A stretch of 47,777 bases of DNA from positions 1 to 47,777 of the forward strand of contig CAYRMQ010000007.1 in the NCBI GenBank assembly GCA_964425305.1, written 5' to 3'. Source of the stretch: an uncultured Anaerolineaceae bacterium. Its GTDB lineage: Bacteria > Chloroflexota > Limnocylindria > Limnocylindrales > CSP1-4. Within the stretch, counting starts at the first letter, position 1, and each line of letters starts with the position of its first letter. A program made the translations under genes and the position numbers. The notes below the pieces were generated by a model. It saw nothing but the letters and a program-made list of their open reading frames with translations, searched no databases and was not told the origin of the DNA. Positions 1 through 8,914 of this stretch are shown in pieces.

Positions 1-887
<887 letters not shown>

Positions 888-965
888 AAAGAACCAACCT
901 TTCGGCCAGCTCAATTGGTTCGGGGTTTGCCCGCTCGCACTTGCTGATTTCCTACCACTCTTCAC

Positions 966-977
966 TTGTTAAGGTGC
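966..977 (-). promoter_or_regulatory. rrn antitermination boxA-like element
   Basis: Minus strand GCACCTTAACAA in the 16S leader, resembling boxA (TGCTCTTTAACA type). Confidence 0.7.
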
Positions 978-1016
978 AGCGCCCGAATTCCCTCTGGCTC
1001 CCTGGCGCAGCCGCTC

Positions 1017-1046
1017 ATTATGACACAGTCACACACGGCCCGTCAA
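1017..1046 (-). promoter_or_regulatory. rrn proximal sigma70-type promoter
   Basis: TTGACG (1046-1041), 18 bp spacer ending TGT, then CATAAT (1022-1017), upstream of boxA. Confidence 0.75.
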
Positions 1047-1114
1047 GGTTGATCTCGGGGATCTGGGCGGTCCCAAGCGGGACCTCGGCCGCCTCACGGC
1101 GGTCGCGGACGCAG

Positions 1115-1145
1115 AGGATACCACGACGGGCCCCCCTCGCGTCAA
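1115..1145 (-). promoter_or_regulatory. rrn distal promoter candidate
   Basis: TTGACG (1145-1140), 19 bp spacer, extended -10 TGG-TATCCT (TATCCT 1120-1115). Tandem promoters are typical of rrn operons. Confidence 0.5.
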
Positions 1146-1322
1146 GCGCTCGTGGGCCACGCCGAAGCATCAGAACGTCGGTGGCGGCCGACGGGGCGAG
1201 GGCAAGGAGCCGCGGTCAGTTGCTGCTGGCGTGGCGCGTCGATGGTGGCCGGCGAGTGGCGCGCGGTCACGGCAGCCCCCAGGTGGACCTGGCAGGCGGT
1301 CGACCGGCAGGTGGTTTCTGCC

Positions 1323-1489
1323 ACTCAGTCGTGACACGACTTCTCATCCGAGGGCGTGGCCACCGCGAGCGGGTCCGACGGCCCGCGTCACCGTCGGCCA
1401 GCGGCCGGCCAGCTGCGTGACGGTCACTTCGAGTCGGCGAGCCTCCACCAGCCGGCGCGGCTCGGATGAGAGTCGGTGGGCAACTGAGT
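1323..1489. repeat. Element bounded by imperfect ~30-bp inverted repeats (MITE/REP-like)
   Basis: 1323-1352 ACTCAGTcgtgacaCGACTTCTCATCCGAG matches the reverse complement of 1461-1489, ACTCAGTtgcccacCGACT-CTCATCCGAG. Confidence 0.6.
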
Positions 1490-1506
1490 AGCGGCCGAGC
1501 GGCAGG

Positions 1507-1689
1507 CTACAGCGGGCTCTCCTGGACGAGCAGGATCAGGGCCGCGGCGCTGACCCAGCAGATCAGCAGCAGATGCGCCGAGGGCGGCACGCCGTAGGCC
1601 GTCAGCGCGATGTACAGGACACCCCCGAGCAGTGCCGCGACGGCCGGCTTGATCAGTCGCAGCAGCAGCTCGGCGACGAGGTTGCTCAA
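1507..1689 (-). CDS. Small two-TM membrane protein (60 aa), hypothetical
   Basis: TTG start overlaps the recR stop (TTGA); two hydrophobic helices; GC3-rich codons. Confidence 0.75.
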   Translation of the reverse strand: MSNLVAELLLRLIKPAVAALLGGVLYIALTAYGVPPSAHLLLICWVSAAALILLVQESPL

Positions 1690-2318
1690 CGCTGGTCGGC
1701 CCGCTCGAACTCACGCCGGCCCTGCAGCGCGCGGACGAGCGTGACCTCGTCGGCGTACTCGAGATCGCCACCGACAGGGATGCCGCGCGCTATGCGCGTG
1801 ATGAGGCGCACGTCCGATGCCAGACGCTCGGCGAGATACATCGCGGTCGCCTCACCCTCGAGCGTCGGGTTCGTCGCCAGGACGACCTCCGCGTAGGGCT
1901 CGCCGTCGGCGCAGCGACGGGCTGCCCTGTCGAGCAGCTCGCGCATGCGCAGCCGCTCGGGACCGATGCCGTCCATCGGCGAGATCGCGCCGTGGAGGAC
2001 GTGGTAGCGGCCGCGGAAGGCGCCGGTCCGCTCGAGGGCGAGCACGTCGAGCGGCTCCTCCACGACGCACAGGCGGCTATCGTCGCGCATCGGGTCGGCA
2101 CAGATCGGGCACAGCGGACCGGCGCTGATGTTGAAGCACGACGTGCAGTACACGACCTCCTCACGAACCGCGATCAGCGCCTCGGCCAGCGCCCTTGCCT
2201 CGGCCTCCGGTGCGCGCAGCAGGTGGTAGGTCAGGCGCTGGGCGGTCTTCGGCCCGACACCGGGCAGGCGCGAGAGGGCCTCGATGAGGCGGGCAACGGG
2301 CTCGATCAGGACGGACAC
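1686..2318 (-). CDS. recR: Recombination mediator RecR
   Basis: [12 protein letters not shown] HhH, C4 zinc finger, [28 protein letters not shown] Toprim, GGDLEYAD. Confidence 0.98.
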   Translation of the reverse strand: MSVLIEPVARLIEALSRLPGVGPKTAQRLTYHLLRAPEAEARALAEALIAVREEVVYCTSCFNISAGPLCPICADPMRDDSRLCVVEEPLDVLALERTGAFRGRYHVLHGAISPMDGIGPERLRMRELLDRAARRCADGEPYAEVVLATNPTLEGEATAMYLAERLASDVRLITRIARGIPVGGDLEYADEVTLVRALQGRREFERADQR

Positions 2319-2320
2319 GG

Positions 2321-2629
2321 TCAGCCGAGGCCGGGCAGACGCATCCCGCCGGTGACCCGCGCCATCTTCTCCTCGGCCGCCTGGCGGACCTGGCGCAGGC
2401 CGTCGTTGACGGCCGCCGTGACGAGGTCCTGCAGCATCTCGACGTCGTCCGGATCGATCGCCTCCGGGTCGATGCGCAGCGAGACGAGCTCCTGGTGGCC
2501 GTTGACGGTGGCCGTGACGGCGCCGCCGCCGGCGCTGGCCTCGACGACGAGCTGGTCGAGCTCGGCCTGCACGCGGGCCATCTCGGCCTGCATCTGCTGC
2601 GCCATCTTGGCCAGGTTGCCCATGCCCAT
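2321..2629 (-). CDS. ybaB: YbaB/EbfC nucleoid-associated protein
   Basis: [17 protein letters not shown] and [15 protein letters not shown] motifs; dnaX-ybaB-recR synteny; ATG at 2629 with GGAGGA SD. Confidence 0.95.
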   Translation of the reverse strand: MGMGNLAKMAQQMQAEMARVQAELDQLVVEASAGGGAVTATVNGHQELVSLRIDPEAIDPDDVEMLQDLVTAAVNDGLRQVRQAAEEKMARVTGGMRLPGLG

Positions 2630-2642
2630 CAGGATCCTCCTC

Positions 2643-4328
2643 TCACTCCACGTCGGCCACGTCGAGCAGGTCGTCACCGAAGACCTGCCGGGCATGGCTG
2701 ACCAGTTCGTCCGAGCCGGGCTCGGCAGCCAGCGGCTGGGCCAGCTCGATGTTGGTGGCTACACACCTGACGGCGACCGGCCGGCCGAGGACGGCGGCCA
2801 GCCCCTCCTCCAGCACGCTCCGCTTGCGCTCGGCGATGTCGCGCAGGAAGGCCTGGCTCTCGGGGAAGCCGAGGACGACGATGCCGTCGCGCAGCTCGAC
2901 CGGCCGGCAGGCCATGATCAGCGGCCGGTTCGCCGGGTTGCGCGCGATCCTCTCGACGACCTGCGGCCATGCCGCCTGCAGCTGGTCGAACGCCGTCGGT
3001 GTGCCGGGCGCCGGCGTGTCGGCCGGCGCTGCCCGCGTGGCGGGCACCGGCGCGCTCTCGACGGCAGCGGGTGCCTCGGCGGCCTCATCTGCCGGGCCGG
3101 CTGCCGGCTCGGCGGCGGGAGTGGGCGCGGCGTCGGCCGTCACCGGCTGTGTGACAGACTCGGCTGTCGGGTCGGGAGTGGACGCCTCGGGCCTGGCTGA
3201 GGGCACGCGCTCCGGCGTCGGGCTGCGCTCGCCAGGCGGAGTAGCGACCTCAACCACGGCTGACCGTTCCGATACCACGCCGTCGGCCGCCTCGAGCAGG
3301 GCCAGCTCGAGTTGCAGCCGGTAGCCGCCGGCCGCGCCACGGTTGACGTCCAGACCGGCCAGCCGGCGGGCAGCGCCGGCGAGGGCCGCCGCCCGGTCGC
3401 CGGCGGCGCGGTCCCTGAGCGCGGCAAGCAGGCGCTCGCGCAGGCGAGCCACGACCTGGTCGGCGAAGGCCACCAGATCGCGCCCGTCGCGCTCGAGCTC
3501 GTCGAGCAGCTGGACGCCGTCGAGGGCGTCGCCCGCCGCCAGCGCGTCGATGAAACGATCGACCGACTCGATCTCGGCCAGCCCGAGCAGCGCGCGGACG
3601 TCGTCTGCGCTGACCGACTCGCTGCCCGCGGCAAGGACCTGGTCGAGCATCGACTCGGCGTCGCGCATGCCACCCGCGGCACGCTGGGCGAGGAGCGCGA
3701 TGGCGTCGTCGCTGATCGTCCGGCCCTCGGCCTCGGCGATGCGCCGCAGCTTGCCCTCGATCTGGCGCTCCGACAGCGGCCGGAACGTGAAGCGCTGGAG
3801 GCGCGAGATGACGGCCGGCCGGATCTGGCTCGGATCAGTCGTGCAGAAGACGAAGTAGACGTCGTCGGGCGGTTCCTCGAGCGTCTTGAGCAGGACGTCC
3901 CAGCCCTCCTTGATGCGCTGAACCTCGTCGATGATGAAGACCTTCCGGCGCAGATCGGCGGCAGCGGTATAGACGCGCGGCAGCAGCTCGCGCATGTCGT
4001 CGACGCGGTTGTTGGAGGCCGCGTCGAGCTCGACCACATCGAGCGCCCTGCCCTCGCGGATGGCGACGCACGGCTCACACACGTCGCACGGCTCGCCGTC
4101 CTGCAGGTTGAGGCAGTTGACCGCCTTGGCGACGATCCGCGCCATCGACGTCTTACCCGTCCCGCGCGGGCCGACGAATAGAAGTCCGTGTGCCAGGCGC
4201 TCGAGACGGACGGCGTTGCGCAGCGTCTCGACGGCCGCTTCCTGGCCGACGATCTGGGCGAACGTCTGCGCTCGCCAGCGACGGTAGAGGGCCTGGTGGG
4301 GAGCGCGGGCCGGAGCGGTGGTCGACAT
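2643..4328 (-). CDS. dnaX: DNA polymerase III subunit gamma/tau
   Basis: LYRRWRAQTFAQIVGQ, Walker A GPRGTGKTS, Zn module, ELDAASN, IIDEV, LLKTLEEPP; Pro/Ala linker and C-terminal tau domain. Confidence 0.97.
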   Translation of the reverse strand: MSTTAPARAPHQALYRRWRAQTFAQIVGQEAAVETLRNAVRLERLAHGLLFVGPRGTGKTSMARIVAKAVNCLNLQDGEPCDVCEPCVAIREGRALDVVELDAASNNRVDDMRELLPRVYTAAADLRRKVFIIDEVQRIKEGWDVLLKTLEEPPDDVYFVFCTTDPSQIRPAVISRLQRFTFRPLSERQIEGKLRRIAEAEGRTISDDAIALLAQRAAGGMRDAESMLDQVLAAGSESVSADDVRALLGLAEIESVDRFIDALAAGDALDGVQLLDELERDGRDLVAFADQVVARLRERLLAALRDRAAGDRAAALAGAARRLAGLDVNRGAAGGYRLQLELALLEAADGVVSERSAVVEVATPPGERSPTPERVPSARPEASTPDPTAESVTQPVTADAAPTPAAEPAAGPADEAAEAPAAVESAPVPATRAAPADTPAPGTPTAFDQLQAAWPQVVERIARNPANRPLIMACRPVELRDGIVVLGFPESQAFLRDIAERKRSVLEEGLAAVLGRPVAVRCVATNIELAQPLAAEPGSDELVSHARQVFGDDLLDVADVE

Positions 4329-4396
4329 GCTGCCTTCGATTATCGGGGGTTTGGTCGTCGCCCGGCGGCCCCCGGCTACGGCCGCCCGGGTGGCTT

Positions 4397-4663
4397 GCCG
4401 TGCACCCTCCGTCGACCGGCGGCGGCCGCGTGCCCAACGATGCGATCGACTCGGACCAGGCCGGTCCGCGGCACCCGGCGGACTGCGCTTATCGCTGCTT
4501 CCTTCCGGACCTGACGAGGTTCACGCGCCACCGCTGCGCGGGACCCGATCCTCAACGTCGATCGCTCCGTCGGCATCCGCGGACGCGGGCCTCGGGAGGG
4601 GATTCAGCCCTGCTGGAGCGGATTGCAGGTACAGGGCACCGCTAGTTCCCCGCCTAGCACGGC
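4397..4663 (-). ncRNA. ffs: Signal recognition particle RNA, large bacterial type (Alu + S domains)
   Basis: Minus strand begins GCCGTGCTAGGCGGGGAACTAGCGGTGCCCTGTACCTGCAATCCGC, contains helix-8 TCAGGTCCGGAAGGAAGCAGC and ends GGGTGCACGGC, pairing with the 5' end. It lies upstream of dnaX, with -10 TAGAAT at 4675-4670. Confidence 0.96.
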
Positions 4664-4698
4664 GACCCGATTCTACGCCAAGCCTCGGCCGAGGCTCG

Positions 4699-5388
4699 TC
4701 AGGCGCTCCAGACAAGCCGGTCGTGAGCGAAATAGACGCGCCGCGGGCGCAGGCTTCTGAGCCGCGTGATCGAGCGCTCGTACGCCGCCCGGTCCGGCGC
4801 CCGCGACCTGCCCTCGCGAGCGCCCGGCTCGCCGGTCCACTCGCCGCGGCTGTACGCCGCCTGGCCGGCGAGAACGACGAGCCCCTCGCGGCCGCCGACG
4901 ACCAGCGACTGGTGACCGACCGTGTGGCCGGGCGTGGCGACGACGCGGATGCCCCGGAAGAGCTGGTAGTCGCCGGCGCGCAGCCTGTAATCGGCGCCGG
5001 CGAAGTCGACCCACTCGAGGATCGTGTGGCTGCCCGCCTGGGCGGCGTGCCACTCGGCCGGCTGGACGTGGATGGGCACGCCCGCCAGCAGGCTGTTCTG
5101 GCCGGCGTGGTCGATGTGCAGATGGCAGTTCACGACGGCGCCTATGTCGGCCAGCCCGAGACCGGCTTCGGCAAGCGCGTCGGGCAGGTGCCGGGCGCGC
5201 GGCCGGTAGCGATCGTCGACGAGCCGGCTGCCGAAGCCGAAGCCGGTATCGAACAGCAGCACGCCGCCGGCGTGGCGGACGACGTAGGCCATGACCACGC
5301 CGATCTGGCCGGCGTCCGGTTCGTCGTCGGCAAAGGTGAACTCGGCCATCTCGAGCGGTGTGATCTCGGGCAGCGTGGCGTGGGTCAT
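4699..5388 (-). CDS. Metallo-beta-lactamase-fold hydrolase (AHL-lactonase-like)
   Basis: LFDTG, HLHIDH (HxHxDH), TPGHTVGH and C-terminal AHD motifs. Confidence 0.88.
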   Translation of the reverse strand: MTHATLPEITPLEMAEFTFADDEPDAGQIGVVMAYVVRHAGGVLLFDTGFGFGSRLVDDRYRPRARHLPDALAEAGLGLADIGAVVNCHLHIDHAGQNSLLAGVPIHVQPAEWHAAQAGSHTILEWVDFAGADYRLRAGDYQLFRGIRVVATPGHTVGHQSLVVGGREGLVVLAGQAAYSRGEWTGEPGAREGRSRAPDRAAYERSITRLRSLRPRRVYFAHDRLVWSA

Positions 5389-5424
5389 GCGCTCGGGTTG
5401 ACACGTGCGGGAGGACGGCGAGGC

Positions 5425-5512
5425 TGGCGGAGAGGGTGGGATTCGAACCCACGACGGGTTGCCCCGTACGGCATTTCCAGTGCCGCGCCCTAGGCCTCTA
5501 GGCGACCTCTCC
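5425..5512 (-). tRNA. tRNA-Ser(GGA)
   Basis: GGAGAGG acceptor stem, anticodon loop CTGGAAA, long variable arm, GGTTCGAATCC, discriminator G + CCA. Confidence 0.97.
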
Positions 5513-5535
5513 GAGGGCGCAATCTTGGAGTGAAG

Positions 5536-5621
<86 letters not shown>

Positions 5622-5695
5622 GTAATCGAGGATACCAAAGGGTCGCCGGGAGCCGGACCGGACAATGGGCGCCGGGGCGGCCGAAAGCCGCCCGT

Positions 5696-6145
5696 CTAGC
5701 GGCGGGCGGAACGAGCGGCGGCCGAGAGCACCTCGGCGGCCTCGGCCTGCATGATCCCCGACACGACGTGGAGGCGGTGCGGCAGATCGTCGGCCTGGGC
5801 CAGCTGGACGGCCGAACCGGCGGCACCCGCGCGCGGATCGGCCAGCGCATAGACGAGCCCGTCGGCGTCCGACTCGAGCAGCGCCCCGACGCACATCGCG
5901 CACGGTTCACGGGCGGTGAAGACGGTCAGCCCGCCGAGCGACGTGCGACCGAGCCGGCGCGACGCCTCGCGCAGCACGACCATCACGGCGTGGGCGGTTG
6001 GATCGCCTGTCGCTTCGACCTGGTCGCGACCGCGGGCGACCATCGCATCGTCCAGCACGGCCACCGCGCCCTGCGGTCGCTCGCCGTTAGCCGCCGCTGC
6101 CCGCGCCTCGGCAAGAGCCGCGCCCATGTACAGCTCGTAGTTCAC
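5696..6145 (-). CDS. tadA: TadA-like deaminase with catalytic Glu replaced by Val (predicted inactive)
   Basis: DPTAHAVM (canonical DPTAHAEI), EPCAMC, DPRAGAAGS; tadA-tRNA-Ser-ffs-dnaX synteny; GTG start at 6145, 7 nt after TGC-TAGGAT. Confidence 0.88.
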   Translation of the reverse strand: MNYELYMGAALAEARAAAANGERPQGAVAVLDDAMVARGRDQVEATGDPTAHAVMVVLREASRRLGRTSLGGLTVFTAREPCAMCVGALLESDADGLVYALADPRAGAAGSAVQLAQADDLPHRLHVVSGIMQAEAAEVLSAAARSARR

Positions 6146-6196
6146 GGCGCCGATCCTAGCATCCGGCTGCCGCCGGGACGTGCTGGTCAAGTCAGC

Positions 6197-7546
6197 CTAC
6201 GGGATTGCCGCGACTGCGTCGCGGACGATGTCCTCAAGGGGTGCACGTCGGCGGACTTCTTCAGCGCACTCGTCGCTGAAGCAGTCTCCGAAGTCGAAGT
6301 AGAGCATCCAGTAGAGCACTTCGTCCTCGGCAAACAGCGCAAAGCTGTCGCTGATCAGGTACCGACGCCCTGCGACCTCCTCGCTCCGAAACGCCTGCCC
6401 GCCGCCACGGCCCAGGACGCCGGCATACATCTCGCCGAGCATCGCCATCATCAGGTCATCGCCGATCAACCCGTCGACTCGATGCGCCCAGATGGAGAAG
6501 GTGCTTCGCGGCGGAGAGGCGACAGCGACCGAGGCGTGCCGTGCCGGCAGATCGAAGTGATGCAGAAACACGCCGTGGAGCCCTGACTCGATACTCTGCA
6601 GGTCGTGGTCGGTCAGCGGACCAGCGGAGTGTATCTCCAGACCAATGCCGCTAACCGTTGTCGGAAGCGTTCTCTCCAGAGCGAGATCACGGCCCGGCGT
6701 GGTCTCCGGTCGGCTGGGCGCGGTGGGTGAGGGCGTGGCATGGGGTGGGGCCGTCGGCTCGGATGAAACGGGGAGGACCGCTTCCGCAGTCAACTGCAAG
6801 GCATCTAGCGGGTTGGGCAGCTGGCGGGCTTCCACGCCATCACGGTAGGCCGACCAGTCGAAAGTGATCACGAAGACTGCCGCTTCCACCCAGCCGATGC
6901 TCCACGGTTCGCCCAGCAGCAGGTCGCGCCGGTCAAGCTCCCACCTGGTACTGAGCGAGGTCCTCGTCCCCGGCCGCAACATCATCTCGGCCAGGTAGGC
7001 GCCGACCACCTCCACCGACCGGCCCACCGGGTAGCCGATGGCCACGATCTGCCAGTCTGGAGGCAGCTCTGCTTCGAAACCCGGCGCCGGCCGGGCGACC
7101 GCGACCTGCAGCTCGGGCGCGGCTATGCCGAGGCGCTGCGCGATCTTTTCGCCGACCGCACGGTCGTAGGCGGGCGGCAGGCGTGCGTCCGAACCAACGG
7201 CCTCCACCAGCATCGGCGTCGAGCCCAGCGCCGCCGGCAGCAGCTTTTCGATCTCGTCGGCGCTCGGCACCAGCGAGGCAGTCGGCGAGGCGCCCGGCGA
7301 AGGCGAGGGGGATAGTGCCGGCGGCGTGCCGGCTGGCGCTGTTGGCGACGGATCTGCGGGCGACGACTCGGCAGCCGAGGCCGGCGGCCCGACAGGAGCC
7401 GGATCGTTGGGAAGCTCGGCGGGCACGGCACGACAGGAGAGTGATACGACCACGGGCAGCGCGACGGCGAGGAGCCCCAGGCGGTGGCGCCCGGGATGAG
7501 CGGCGGCGGGACGAGCCGATGCTACCGGAGGCGTGCCTCTCCGCAT
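6197..7546 (-). CDS. Hypothetical exported/lipoprotein with Pro-rich linkers and two related domains
   Basis: Basic N-terminus, hydrophobic stretch ending VSLSC, two Pro/Ser/Thr linkers; TAAACT 7 nt upstream of the ATG. Confidence 0.75.
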   Translation of the reverse strand: MRRGTPPVASARPAAAHPGRHRLGLLAVALPVVVSLSCRAVPAELPNDPAPVGPPASAAESSPADPSPTAPAGTPPALSPSPSPGASPTASLVPSADEIEKLLPAALGSTPMLVEAVGSDARLPPAYDRAVGEKIAQRLGIAAPELQVAVARPAPGFEAELPPDWQIVAIGYPVGRSVEVVGAYLAEMMLRPGTRTSLSTRWELDRRDLLLGEPWSIGWVEAAVFVITFDWSAYRDGVEARQLPNPLDALQLTAEAVLPVSSEPTAPPHATPSPTAPSRPETTPGRDLALERTLPTTVSGIGLEIHSAGPLTDHDLQSIESGLHGVFLHHFDLPARHASVAVASPPRSTFSIWAHRVDGLIGDDLMMAMLGEMYAGVLGRGGGQAFRSEEVAGRRYLISDSFALFAEDEVLYWMLYFDFGDCFSDECAEEVRRRAPLEDIVRDAVAAIP

Positions 7547-7597
7547 GCGGCGAAGTTTATGGCGCGCGGGAAAGTCGGGCGATCGCAGGAAGGGTAG

Positions 7598-7673
7598 TGG
7601 CGCGCCCGGCGAGACTCGAACTCACGGCCTTCAGGTCCGCAACCTGACGCTCTATCCACTGAGCTACGGGCGC
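7598..7673 (-). tRNA. tRNA-Arg(GCG)
   Basis: 76-nt cloverleaf GCGCCCGTAGCTCAGTGGATAGAGCG-TCAGG-TTGCGGA-CCTGA-AGGCCGTGAGTTCGAGTCTCGCCGGGCGCGCCA; A20 and C35-G36 Arg identity elements; anticodon at 7640-7638. Confidence 0.95.
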
Positions 7674-7677
7674 GCGC

Positions 7678-7769
<92 letters not shown>

Positions 7770-7925
7770 CGCCGACGCCCGATGATAGCACGGGGACCCC
7801 TCCCGGCCGGCCCACGAGGTGGCTTCATTGCGGCCGAATCGATGCGAACGTATGATCATCCTTGATCCAATCGCCCGCGAGAGCCGGACGGACATCTGTC
7901 CGGCTTCTCTGTTTAGAGGTATGGC

Positions 7926-8837
7926 ATGGCCAAGCGCGTCGTCCTGATCGGCCACCCGGTAAGCCAGTCGCTGTCGAGCGCCCTTCAGCAGGCCGCCTTC
8001 GACGCGATGGGCATCGACGCGCGCTACGAACCCCTCGACCTGCCACTCATCCAGCTGCCCGACGCCATCGCCGAGCTGTGCGGCGACGACTACCTCGGCG
8101 CGAGCATCACCGTTCCCTACAAGGAACGGGTGGTGCCAATGGTCGACCGCCTGACCGAGGAAGCGCAGGCGACCGGCGCCGTCGACACGATCACGCGCGA
8201 GGGATCGCGGCTGGTCGGGCACAACACCGACGTGATCGGCTTCCGGGCCGCGCTGGACAACCTGGTCGGGCGCCAGAAGATGCCCCGCGCGGCGGTCGTG
8301 CTGGGCGCCGGCGGCGGCGCGCGGGCGGCGGTCTACACGCTCATCACCGAGGGTTTCCAGCGGGTCATCGTCTTCAACCGCCACCTGCACCGCGCCGAGG
8401 GCCTCGTCCGCCACTTCGGGCGCAGCGCGGCCCACATGGAGCTGCGCGCGATGCCCTGGCACGAATCGGTCATCGAGGCCGAGATCGCCAAGACGAAGAT
8501 CCTCGTCAACGCCTCGGCGGTGCCCGATCCGGGCACGACCTCGCCCATCCCGGCCGAGCTGCTCGTGCCCGAGCTCCTCGTCCTCGACCTGATGTACGCG
8601 CCGCCCGAGACGCAGCTGCTGCGCGACGCGCGAGCGGCGGCGGCGGCGGGCACGGCCAACGGCGACCTGATGCTGCTGCACCAGACGGCGGCGGCGTTCC
8701 AGCTGTGGACGGGGCGAGAGGTCAAGATCGATTCGCTGCGCGAGGAGCTGGACAAGGCGCGGTCCGGTGGGGCGTCGGCGGCTGCCGTCGCCACGGCCGG
8801 GGAAGCCGGCCCGTCCGTCGACTCCGCCGGCGGCTGA
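7926..8837 (+). CDS. aroE: Shikimate dehydrogenase family protein
   Basis: GHPVSQSLS, TVPYKE, GHNTD, LGAGGGARA, NRH, DLMY and MLLHQ motifs. Confidence 0.88.
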   Translation: MAKRVVLIGHPVSQSLSSALQQAAFDAMGIDARYEPLDLPLIQLPDAIAELCGDDYLGASITVPYKERVVPMVDRLTEEAQATGAVDTITREGSRLVGHNTDVIGFRAALDNLVGRQKMPRAAVVLGAGGGARAAVYTLITEGFQRVIVFNRHLHRAEGLVRHFGRSAAHMELRAMPWHESVIEAEIAKTKILVNASAVPDPGTTSPIPAELLVPELLVLDLMYAPPETQLLRDARAAAAAGTANGDLMLLHQTAAAFQLWTGREVKIDSLREELDKARSGGASAAAVATAGEAGPSVDSAGG

Positions 8838-8914
8838 TTCCGACCGCACCAGCGCAGCCAGGGCATGAAGGCGGCGGGGGCAGGCCCGCCGACAGGCCGC
8901 AGGTGAGCCCACGA

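Noticed and set aside
2643-4328. Programmed -1 frameshift in dnaX
   Set aside because: No A-AAA-AAG-type slippery site or poly-A run is visible.
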